Source of the DNA: Cyanophora paradoxa CCMP329
Lineage: Eukaryota; Plantae; Glaucophyta
Reading direction: 5' to 3'
Length of the DNA: 64,000 bases
Assembly (NCBI GenBank): GCA_004431415.1
Contig: QPMI01000154.1
Location: 36,286-100,285, forward strand
The notes under the pieces are model-generated. The model was not told the DNA's origin and did no database searches. It saw nothing but the letters and a program-made list of their open reading frames with translations. This document shows positions 10,803 to 21,263 of this stretch, piece by piece (within the stretch, counting starts at the first letter, position 1; every line of letters begins with the position of its first letter). The position numbers and the translations under genes are program-made.

Positions 10803-11063
10803 CCCGCCGCCGCGCCGCCCGCCGCCGCGCCGCCCGCCGCCGCGCCGCCCGCCGCCGCGCCGCCCGCCGCCCGCCGCCGCGCCGCCCGCCGCCGCGCCGC
10901 CCGCCGCCGCGCCGCCCGCCGCCGCGCCGCCCGCCGCCGCGTCGCCCGCCGCCGCGCCGCCCGCCGCCGCGCCGCCCGCCGCCGCGCCGCCCGCCGCCCG
11001 CCGCCGCGCCGCCCGCCGCCGCGTCGCCCGCCGCCGCGCCGCCCGCCGCCGCGTCGCCCGCCG
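10803..11063. repeat. Minisatellite of the 15-bp unit GCCGCGCCGCCCGCC (about 17 units, with phase slips)
   Basis: Directly visible tandem array; gives AAPPA/RRPPP/RRAAR low-complexity translations. Confidence 0.95.
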
Positions 11064-11439
11064 ACGCGCACCGTCGCCGTGGACTCGCCGACCATCCCAT
11101 GGAGGCAGGAGGGGGCGCAGCGTGCCCCGCACGATCGAATCGGCGCGCGCCGTCAATCGGGCCCATATGCACCTTCCCCGCTGCGCGCGAGTCAGCCAGG
11201 CAGCTTCCTCGGCCGCAGGCTTAGGAACGGCGCCGGTGGCGAGCGCACCGCCCGATATTGGGCCCGCAGGAGGCCGCACCAATGGACCTGAAGATCTCCT
11301 GCTATACCTCCAGACTCCAGTACAGCAGCGGCCGCCGACAGACACTGCGGCGAGGAGCTAAGATCTCAGGCCGGCCGAACACTGCAGAGCGCGCGTGGGC
11401 GGGCCCGCACCTAGCTCATCCCCGCTTGACTGCGTCTAG

Positions 11440-11960
11440 TGCTGCAGTCAACGAAACGCGACCGCCCGGCGAGCTGCTGGCGCACGCCTCGAGCTTCCCA
11501 GCGAATCGAAGCTCTGCTCCGAGGCTCCCCGAGCGACGCTTGGGGAAGCCGTCGTAGAGGTCCTTGGTACGCAGATCGATATGCATAACGCCTCCCAGTG
11601 GCCGGAGGCCGCCGCAAGCCGCGGCCGGCCGCTCCACAGGATTGAGCACAATCTACCGTAAAACCTGCTCAATCGAAGTAGCAGCTCTTCTCCACGTAAC
11701 TGCTTCCAAAGCATCCTTGCCGACTGCAGTTGATGATACGCGGCCCTCAGGAGAGTTGCTGGCGCCCGCCTGCGGCGACCCCGTCCTCGAGCTCGATCGC
11801 TCGAGGCCGGCGGCGTTCCCCGCTTGGGGAAGACGTCGTAGAGGTCTTTGGGATGCAGATTAATGTGCGCATTGTCGCCCGCTGGCCGGAGCCGCCCGCA
11901 GAGCGCTGCCGGCCGCTGGAGAGGATTGGGAACAATTCACCGTAAAACGTTCCCAATCGG
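11440..11960 (+). repeat. Two diverged ~284-bp tandem units rich in stem-loops (candidate structured RNA/ssDNA)
   Basis: Shared blocks CTGCAGT, GAG(C/T)TGCTGGCGC, CGCTTGGGGAAG(C/A)CGTCGTAGAGGTC, TGGCCGGAG, CCGGCCGCT, ACCGTAAAAC at a constant ~284-nt offset. Confidence 0.85.
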
Positions 11961-12704
11961 GGGGGTACGGGATACACACGTTCGCAGCCTGCCATAATGG
12001 GCCTTCGTCACGTATGCTGCCTGCGGGGACTGTCGGCCGCGTCCAGCGCCGGCCGCTCGTCGGCTTCGATGCAGGTCGCAACTTGCAGCTGGTCGTACGA
12101 TCGAGTCCCACTCCTAAGCTTTAGCGTTGCCAACTGTGCCCGGCGCCATATAAAAAATCGCCGTACCCGCCTCTTTCTATAAGAATAGGAGAGAAGATGG
12201 TGAGAGGTAGCCGTAAACTAATGGTGCGCCCTCTGGGGTCTGTGTACGTGGTGACTATCACGTGACACGCACCGTACGTAGAGCAAGGAAAGTAGCAGCC
12301 AACGTGGAACATCGTTGGCCCACCGGCCTCTGTGCCGGTGAAATTTCTGAAGGGCACAAAGGCTGGTCTCGGCAGGCTCGCTCTTACTTTGAGCTGAGCC
12401 GCCCTGGCTGGTCTCCTCTCGTGCCACCCCCTCTTCAAAACCAAGGAAATGTAAACTTGAAACGATGCCACTAGTTGCTGGCCTGATCGCATGCAGTTCG
12501 GTTACGTATGCGACTCTAGATCTAGATCTAGATCCAGTAGAAGAAGAGCTACGCATGCTTTCGGATCCGAAGGGAACACAAATGCATCGCGTTCATGCGC
12601 GTGCAGGAACGCCCGATGGAGCTAAAGCTTAAGCTGCACACGACGTCGGACAGCAAATAATATTGAAATTTCCTGACTCTTCCGTTCAAGAAACGAGAGC
12701 TGCG

Positions 12705-12776
12705 GGGCCGTACCCCAGAAGGGGGTCCGGCCCGCCTCATGGTCTGGGCCGAACCCCAAGATAGGGGGTCCGGCCC
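12705..12776. repeat. Twin GC-rich hairpins GGGCCG.ACCCC-loop-GGGGT.CGGCCC
   Basis: 12705-12733 and 12746-12776; followed by GGTTCTAG twice (CTAG at 12803 and 12810). Confidence 0.85.
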
Positions 12777-12827
12777 GGCTTAAAAGAAGGAGGGGCGCGG
12801 TTCTAGGTTCTAGCTATATATAGGCGC

Positions 12828-12834
12828 TCAGAGG

Positions 12835-12866
<32 letters not shown>

Positions 12867-15241
12867 GGCCGTGTCGCGGGCCTCGGCGCGGAGGCGCGCG
12901 ATGGCGGCGGAGACGTCGGCCCCGCGGTTGATGCGCAGCGCCGCGCCCGCCGGCGTCTGCGCGATCTGCGCAGGCGGAGGGGGAGGCACCGCGTCGGCCC
13001 CGGGGCGGGAGGGCGGGGGCGGGGGGGCGGGCTCGAGGCGGGAAGGAAGGCACCTGGATCCACTCGGGGGCGCGCTCCGCAAGCAGCTTCAGCCGGTCAC
13101 GCACTTCATCTGAGCCGTCCGGGGCGGGGCGCCGGCGCGTCAGGCCCGCGGCAGAGGGGAAGGAAAGGGCGGGGCGGGGCGGGGCGGGGCGGGGCGGGGC
13201 GGGCGGACCGACGGGGAGGGGTCGTCCTGCTGGGCGGCGAGGCGCGGGGCGAGGATGGCGAGCAGCAGCGGCGGGTTGCGCTCCCCGATGAGGAAGGCCC
13301 GCAGCGCCTCGGCGAGGGCCGGCAGGCGCCCCGCCGCGAGCGCCCGCTCGCGCGCCTCGGGGGCCCCCGTGATGCGCTCCATCGCCCGCCTCTGCTCCTT
13401 GGCCCGCACGCGCGCCAGGATCGCCGGGTCGATCCCCCGCAGCGCCGGGTCCACCGGGCGCGCCGCGATGGCGGCGGCAGCCGCCGCCGCCTCCGCGCTC
13501 CGCGCCGCCGCCGCCGCGTCCGCCGCCGCGCGCTTCTCGAGGACGGCCGCGAGCGCCTCCTCCGCCACGTTCCGCGGGGCGCCGCGCGCGGGCGGCGCCC
13601 GCCGGTCGAACGCCGCCGTGCCGGGGACCGCCGCGAAGACGGGGGCGGCCGGCGAGGCCGCGGCGGCCGCCGCCTCCCGCTTGGCCGCGAGGCGCGCCAG
13701 GACCTCGGCCGGCGCCGGCGGCTTCGGCGGCCGCGGCAGCTCCGCAGGTACGATCTGCCCGCCGGCGCTTCAGAGAACGAGGGGGAGGGAGGGGGAATAA
13801 GCTCAGGGGGGTACGTGCCTCGGGGACGTCCTCGAGGGGGAACTCGGGGTGCCAGGCGCGGACGGCCGCCGGGTCCACCTCCAGCCCCTTCGCCTTCAGG
13901 AAGACCTGAGGGGCGGTCGTGAGCGGCGGCTGCAGGGGTACGGGGACGGCTGAAAGGCAGGGGGAAGGGGAGGCGGGGGTACGGCGGCGCACGGCGTGGT
14001 GGGCGATGACGGCGTCCTCGAGGGCGCGCCGGAAGGCCCGCCGCCGCGCGTTCAGCTGCGGGCGAAGAGTCAGAGGGGCCGGAGGGAGGGCGGGATGGGG
14101 GCGGGAGAGAGCGGGGGACGGGCCTGGAGCTCGCCGAGGACGCGGCTGGGCGGGGGCGCGCCGCCCTCGGCGGGGGCGAACTCGGCCGCCGGCAGCTCGA
14201 CGAGGAGGCGGTGCCGCGAGTCGGAGAAGGTGCCCACGCCGGCCCGCGTCGCCGGGTCCTCGCTGCCCTTCTGGAGGCTGACGGAGTAGGCGGCCGGCCA
14301 CGCGGCGAGCAGCTGCGCGAACTGGCGCTCCCCGAAGGCACGCTTCGTGATCGTCCGCACGCTCGCCGAGAGCCGGTCTAGCGTCGCCGCCTCCCGCCGC
14401 GAACGGCAGAGGTTCAGCCCGTGGTCGAGCGCCACGAACTGCTCCAGCAGCACGCGGTGCCGCGCCGGAAGCGGCAGCGCCGCCTCGCGGCCCTTCCCCG
14501 GTGTCCTCCCCGGCGAGGCCGCCGCCGCCGTCCCCGCCGGCGAGGGCGCCGCCGCCTGCAGCGCCCGCTGCGGCGTCCGCTGCGGCGTCTGCTCGCCGGG
14601 GCCCTCCGCCCGCTTCCGCTTCGGCGTCGCAGGCGCCGCCGTCGGCCGCTGCGGCGTTGCGGGCTCCGCTGTGCAGAAGTGAGCGGCGGGGCGGGGCGCG
14701 AGAAAGTCGCTGGCGGGCGAACCGGCGTCGGGGGTCACGAGGATCGAGACGCCGGCCGCGCTCGCGGCCGCCTCGGCCATCTTCCTCGCCCGCGCGCTCA
14801 CGCCGGTCCGCCCCGCGCCTGCGCGGGCAGCGCGTGGGCTGCGGCACTGCCAAAAACGCGCAGGCGCCGCGCACCGGTCCCGGGCGGCTCTGCGGGCGCT
14901 AAGTCCTTTCCGAGCGGCGTGGCGGACGCGCTGATGTCGACGGTTTTGGCGGGAGCCGCCCGCGCCTTTCTCGTCCGCGTCAGGCTCGGCGTGGTGGGCA
15001 CAGTTGCCGCGCATTCCGGCGTCTCCGATGGTGAGAGCACGGGAATGGTCTTCGCGGTGCGGCGCCGGGCGCCCATCCCACGCCGGATCTTCTTTGCAGG
15101 CTGCGAGCGGCGCGTGAGCGCGATCCTGGGGGGCTTCGGGTCTTTCGAGCGCACCTGACAGTCATTCTTGGGACTCTCTGCCTCCTCATCGGACCAGCTG
15201 CCGAAGAGTGCGCCCGCGTCTGCAATGGGCACCGACTCCAT
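12828..15241 (-). CDS. CDT1: DNA replication licensing factor CDT1, multi-exon
   Basis: LPLPARHRVLLEQFVALD...ITKRAFGERQFAQL...WPAAY, RRRAFRRAL...WHPEFPLEDVPEI, LRGIDPAILARVRAKE, LKLLAERAPEWI are the CDT1 and CDT1_C motifs. Confidence 0.92.
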
Positions 15242-15659
15242 TGCCGGAGGCGGCCCTTAGCGAGCGGGGCGGCTGTCGCTCGCGTGCGATGTGCTCTCCG
15301 GGCCGATCGCAGCCGTCGGGCGCGCCGTGCGTGTCGCCTTCTTCTCGCTGGACTTTGGCGCCACGGGGAAAAAACAACCGGGAATCAGCGTACCCGGACT
15401 CCGAATCGTTGCTTGGCCCGCAGCGCAGCCGAAAGCGAGGTATTAGCGTGTCGAATTCGAATAGCCGATAACGCAGCTAGTGAAAAGGTCGAGCCGCCCT
15501 CTTTCGAATCGTCGGTCCGACATCCCGCGCAGCCGCACCTTCTCAGACCGTGCAAGGAACTTCGCGACAGCGACCGGAAAGCTTAGATACAGCTCCACCA
15601 GCCCGCCCCGCTGACTAGCTAAAAAGAGCGACCAAGCCAGCGCAGAGCAGACTCCAGCG

Positions 15660-16726
15660 ATGGCGCCAAAGAAAGGCAAGGGAAAGGGAAAGGGAAAGGG
15701 TGCGCGAGCCCCTCGAGGTCGAGGCGAGCACGACTGGCGGCTGACCGCCGAGCGCAGGCAAGGGCAAGAAGAAGGAGAAGGCGGCGGCGGAGGTGAAGGA
15801 GTACAGGCCGATGGAGGTCATGCTGCCTCCCGAGGAGTACATCACGCTCAACGTGCGCCCGCCGCCCGGCGGCCCGCCCCGCTCGCCGAAGGCGCGCCGG
15901 CGCTGACGGGCGGGGCGCGCAGGTGAAGCTCATCACGTGGAGCTTCCTGAACTTCACGCTGCAGGTGCCCGTCTCCACGCGCGTCTTCGTCATCCAGGTC
16001 CACCCCGCCCCGCCCGCCCCGCCCCGCCTGCTCCCCCCCGCGGACGCGCGTGCGCCCGCAACAGAACAAGATCGTCGAGCGGCACAGCGGCAGCATACGC
16101 GACCTCGTCCTGTACAAGCACCAGGTACCCCCGCCTCGCCGGCCCTGCGCTGTACCCCCGAGCTCAGCCTCGGCGGCAGGTGCACCCGAAGAACGTGATG
16201 CTGTCCCCTGAGGCGACCCTCGCCGAGGAAGGCTTCACCGGCGGCCCCCCGCACGACTGCCCCCAGGTGCCCCCGTACCCCCCGCGCGCTTCGCCCCCCC
16301 CTTCCCCACAGCCCGTCTGACGTTCGCGGTACCCTCCCGAAGGCCACGATCCTGTACGACTTCCAGCCGCGCGCGATGGAGTGCCCGCTCCTCCTCACAA
16401 CGCCGTGCGGCGTACCCCCTCCGGTCACCCGTACCTCCCTCACCGCGCCGCAGGCGGCAGGAGGAGCCCCACGCACACGTCCGCGTCCTCAGCGCCGCCG
16501 CCTCCCAGGTACTGTACCCCTCCCCCTCCCCCCTCCCCTCCGCCTGACCCGGGGCGGGCGGGCGCAGGGGGCGCTGCAGACGGCGCCCTCGCGGGGTACC
16601 GCGCTGGAGCGGGCGACGACGGCGGCGGGCGGCCGGCCGCTGGCCTCGCCGGACCCCTTCTCGGTCTCCGTGCACTCTTCGACCTCACCCGGACCCCTCG
16701 CCACCGCCCAGTCCCGCAGCCCCTAG
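15660..16726 (+). CDS. Small protein with K/G-rich N-terminus and a probable ubiquitin-like domain, multi-exon
   Basis: Exons join as MAPKKGKGK...YITLN-VKLITWSFLNFTLQVPVSTRVFVIQ-NKIVERHSGSIRDLVLYKHQ-VHPKNVMLSPEATLAEEGF...-ATILYDFQP...CPLLL; the beta-grasp assignment is inference. Confidence 0.7.
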
Positions 16727-16996
16727 GGCCTAGCTAGCCCTCGCGTTCCGTCCAATCCATCATCATATGATCTCCGTTTCGAGGCTGCGTGGTCGATGAG
16801 GCGGGGTGGGGAGGGGGCGTGCCGCAGGTGTATACGTGTGTGGCTATAGCTAGCCTAGTAGCGCCCGCACCGGCGCTGCTCCCCAGCCCTGCCCACACGG
16901 ATGCACAGCGATCGCTCCGAGCTTCGTACACGGATTCGCCCACACTACGGGCGTGCGCAGAAGGGGGCGCGGAGGCCGGCGGGGCGCGTGCGCGGC

Positions 16997-18930
16997 CTAC
17001 TTGCTCTCGACGCTCTCGTAGGTGGGGATCATGTACTTGATGTGCGCGTACGCGTCGCGCCCGCCGTACCGCTCGAACCTGCCGCCACCCCGGCCTGAGG
17101 CGGGGGCTGGGGGGCTGGGAGGGGGGGGGATAAGGAAGGGGGTACGGCGCACTCCTGGAGGGTCTCCTGGATCTCGAGGCCGATGTCGCGGTGGCGCTGC
17201 TGCCCGTACTCCATCCCGTCCCCGAGGTTCGCCGTCCGGTTGATGAAGAGGTTGAAGATCTGCGCGGCGGGCGGCGTCAGGGCGGCGCCCCATCGCCTGC
17301 CTCGGCCCGGCCCGGCCCCTCGCCGGCCCACCTGGAGGATCTGGCGCATGAAGGGGACGAAGGCCCTCCCGACGCGGCCGTCGTCGAGGGAGACGAGGCG
17401 CTTGAGGAGCTGCAGGGCGACGCCCATGATGTCCCGATCCCGCGTGTTCAGCGCCACTGCCAGAGAAGCTGAGGCCGAGGGAGGGGGGGCGGGTCCCGGG
17501 GCGGGGGTGCGGACCCTTGATGGGGATGACGAGCTTGGGGAGGAAGGGCCCGAACTTGGTGGGCGCGTGCTCCATCAGGTCCAGCATCCCCTGCACCGCG
17601 ATGAACCTGCCGCCCCGCGTCTCAGCCTCAGCCGGGGGCGCGCCCCGGCGTGGCCTCGCGGACCGGTACGGGTCCTCCTTCTCGCGGATGCCCTCGATAA
17701 AGAGCGACGCGTACTGCCGGCGGGGGCGCCGGGGTCGGAGGCGGCGGGGGGGGGGCCAGGCGGGCGGGGCGGGGCGGGTGCGGACCTGCTCGAAGCGGTC
17801 GTCATCGATCTGGGCGAGGGGCAGCTCCTCCCCCGCCTCGTCCCGCAGCCGCCACACCACCGCGTTGAAGCTCGCCTTGTGCTCGATCCCTGCCCCCGCC
17901 TCACGAGGCGCAGAGCGGAGGGCGAAGCGGAAGGCGGGGCGGGGCGGGAGGCTGGGCGGGGCGCACGGAGGGGGAGGTCCCCGCGGTCGTAGAGCTTGCG
18001 GAAGAGCGTCGCCGGCGGCGCCGCCCGCACCCGAGTCGCCCCCGCCACCGGCGGCTGCCCCCGTGCCCCGTAAGAGGCGTCGCGCGGCGGCCTGCGGGGC
18101 GGGGCGGGGCGGGGCGGGGCGCGCCGTGGCGGGCCGGGGCCCGCGCCCGGCGGCCTGCGGGGTCGAGAGGCGGACGCCGTCCATGCGCCTCGACACTGCG
18201 CGGCGGGGCGTCGAAAGGGTGCCGCGGCGGGGCGGGGCGGGGCGGGGCGGGGCGGGGCGGGCGCACGTCCGTCGCGGGAGTCGGCCCCATCGGCAGCGGA
18301 GCGGCCGCTGGCGGGCCGGGCGGCCCGCTCGCCGCGCTGCGATACGGGCGCCGCGGATCCCTCCAGTGACAGGCCGCCCGCGGAGGGCGGCCGCGCCCCC
18401 GCCGAGGCTGGCCGGGACCCGCCCGTGGCCGGCCGCGGGCCCGCCGAGGCAGGCCGCGCCGCCGCCTTTCCCGACCCGGCGCCCGCCTCCCTCGCCGCCG
18501 GCTCCGCCGCAGCAGCAGCCGCCGCCCCCGACGCTCTCCTGGGCGCTCCGCTGCTCGGGCCCGCGGAGGGTCCTGCCGCCGCCGCTGCCGCCGCTGCCGG
18601 GGCCGCAGGCTTGATCGCTGGCTTCGCCGGCTTAAGAACTTTCTTCTCTGGCTTGGCGAGAACGTCCGTGAAGCCCGCAAGGCTCTGCGACCCGTACGAC
18701 GCGGTGTCCAGAGGCTTCGCCGGCGCCTTCTTCAGGCCCCGCAGGTCGTACGTCTGCCGCTCCCAGGCATCCTGCGGGTCGGGGCGCTGGACTGCGTTGT
18801 ATTGCAGTGGCAGCGGCTCGTACACCCGCATCCCCGCTGCCGCTGCGACGCGCGGTGCCGATTTAGGCCGGCCTTCTATCCTTCGCTGGTTGGACTGCAA
18901 GAGCATCGCTGCCGCCACCGGTGTAGCCAT
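16997..18930 (-). CDS. PACRG: Parkin co-regulated protein (axonemal inner junction) with a long low-complexity N-terminus, multi-exon
   Basis: FRKLYDRGDLP, FIEGIREKEDPYRFIAVQG, LPKLVIPIK-ALNTRD, VPFMRQIL-IFNLF, FERYGGRDAYAHIKYMIPTYES. Confidence 0.93.
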
Positions 18931-19637
18931 GGCTCGCTTGGTGCAGCTCTCGAGGCGAGGGTCGCGCGCTGGCGCTTCCTGTCGCACAGAGGGCGCTCGC
19001 CGGCTCAAGCTACGCAAGAGAGAGCTAGAAGGAAAAGGAATCGAACGCCTGCAAAGCTTGTGCTGGCTTCGTACGGTTGCTATCCGGGGTAGGCTAATTT
19101 TGAAAGGGGGTAGGGTTAATTATTGTGCAGGTACTCGGAACTTGGGAGTTCGGCTCGTACTAGCTAGCCCGCACGACTACCCCCCGGCCCCCAGCTATCA
19201 TCGATATCACTGACAGAGTCTGACACGCGTACGTATACACGCTGGTCCGGTCGACGTCGACGTCGACACGCTTTTGCAAATGCAATTGCAAGCTCATCGA
19301 TCACTCCCGCGAACTCCGAGCCTCCGACCGATCGACGGTCGGTCGGAGGCCGCGCTCGGAGTTCGCGGGCCCGCGGAAGTCGGCGGACAGCTGCAGGAGC
19401 TCGCCGCCAGCGCGGGCGCGGGCCTCGAGGCCCTCGACGCCGAGTAGCGTGCGACCTCAACGACGACGTCGCCGAGCGTGCGACTCGGCGCTCGAGCTCT
19501 CTAGATCTGCAACAGCACAGCTGCAATTCAGCCGCGCGCGGGCGCGCCGGCGAGGCCGCAAGCGCGCGCCGTATTCGTATACGACGAGACGCGTACGCTA
19601 GCTAGGTAGCTGCCCCGTGTCGGCCGTGTCGGCCGCA

Positions 19638-21232
19638 ATGACGACCCGACTGCAGCTGGCCATGGATGCGCATGCGCCGCAGCAGCAGTTGCAGCAGCCG
19701 CAGCAGCAGCAGCTCGGACGAGTCCTCCCATACGTGCCGGCTCCTCTCCTCGCGCACGCCCTCCCGCAGCTGCGGCAGCTCAGCGAAGGTGCGAAGACGG
19801 CGCCGGCCGTGTGGACGGTGGCGGGGGCCGCGCTCTTCTTGGACGGTGCGCCGCGCCGGGCGCCGGGCGCGCCCTATGCATGGCCATCAGACCTGTCAAC
19901 ATTGTCTAATCTCTGCGCAGTGAGTGGATTCAGCGGCCTGGCACGCACCCTGGCCCGCTCCGACGCCGCGAGCGCTGCCGAGCAGGTGCTGCCGAGCTCG
20001 AGTGTCGCGCGCGCGCCTCTAACAAGTTTTGCCCAACGGCGCGCGCCTGACCCGCGGCCGCAGCTGTCCACGACGCTCAACGCGTACATCCTCCAGCTCG
20101 TGAGCCGCCTGCACGCGCGGGGCGCCGAGATCCTCTTCTTCGCCGGCGACGCGGTGCGCTTTAAATTTATGAATTCCTTGGGCGGGGCGCCGTGCACGTG
20201 CGGCGCTCGTGCCTCGGCTCGGCTCGCGCCCGACGCGCCGCCGGCGCATGCGCAGCTGGTGGCGTTCGTCGCGGCCGGCGAGCTTGAGGGCGGGGGCCGG
20301 GGCCGGACGCTGCGGGAGGCGGCGGGGCTGGCGGTGGAGGCGGCGCGTGACGTCCAGTCCATCGCCTTCGAGCGGGGCGGCCACAGGCTCACCGCGCACA
20401 CCGGTACCGCGTCTTGCGCTTGAGCACGAGCGCGCCCCGTCGCGGCTGCAGGTCTAGATTAAAGCGTGCGGCAGGCATTGGGGCGGGCGAGCTGCACCTC
20501 TACCTCCTGCAGGGCAGCGATGGCGCCGCTCAGCTCGTCTGCGCCGGCGCCGTCATCGAGCAGGGTCCGACGCCCCGCCCCGCCCCGCCCTCCGCGCCGC
20601 GCCGCGCCCCGGGCCTTAATGTTAATCGGGCGCAGTGTGCGAGGCGCTCTCAGCGGCGACGGGCGACGACGTCGTGCTCTCCGAGGAGGCCCACGTGCTC
20701 CTACAGCCGGCCTGTCCCGCCGAGCGCCTGCAGCTGCCCGCCTCCGGCCCCGGCCCCGGCCCCGGCCCCGCCCGCCGCGCCGTCCACCGCCTCCGCCGGG
20801 ACCGGCCCTCGACGGCGGCGGCCGCGGCGGCGGAGGCGGTGGCCGCAGGGGCGTGGGCGGAGTCGCCGGGGGCGGAGACGCGCGCGTGCGGGTGCGGGGC
20901 GCCGCTGCGGGCGGGGGCGCGGGCGGCGGAGGCGGCGCTGGCGCCGTACGCGGAGCAGCTGCTGTCCCTCGCCCCCCGTGCGCCTCCGGGCCTCCCCCGC
21001 CGGGCCGGCCGGGCCGGGGCCAGGCCCTGAATCGCGGGGATGGGGCAGGGGCGGTCGGGGAGGGGGCGAGATGGACGCCTTCTTCGCGCACGACATCCGC
21101 GACATCATCGCCGTCTTCGGTCCGCGAGAAGAAACTTTTAGAGCTCGAACTTCTAAACCTCCCAATATGTATCGAGATCTTCTCGAGATCTTCTAATATT
21201 AAAGACGGCGTCGATATCGCCTCTAATGTTCT

Positions 21233-21263
<31 letters not shown>

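Noticed and set aside
10660-11361. Collagen- or extensin-like protein from the 15-bp minisatellite ORFs
   Set aside because: All frames are open by composition, phase slips interrupt the array, and no splice or domain context supports coding.
11640-11958. U5 snRNA loop I or SECIS identity for the ACCGTAAAAC hairpins
   Set aside because: The minus-strand loop GTTTTACGG lacks the invariant GCCTTTTAC and an Sm site; there is no ATGA/GA quartet at SECIS spacing.
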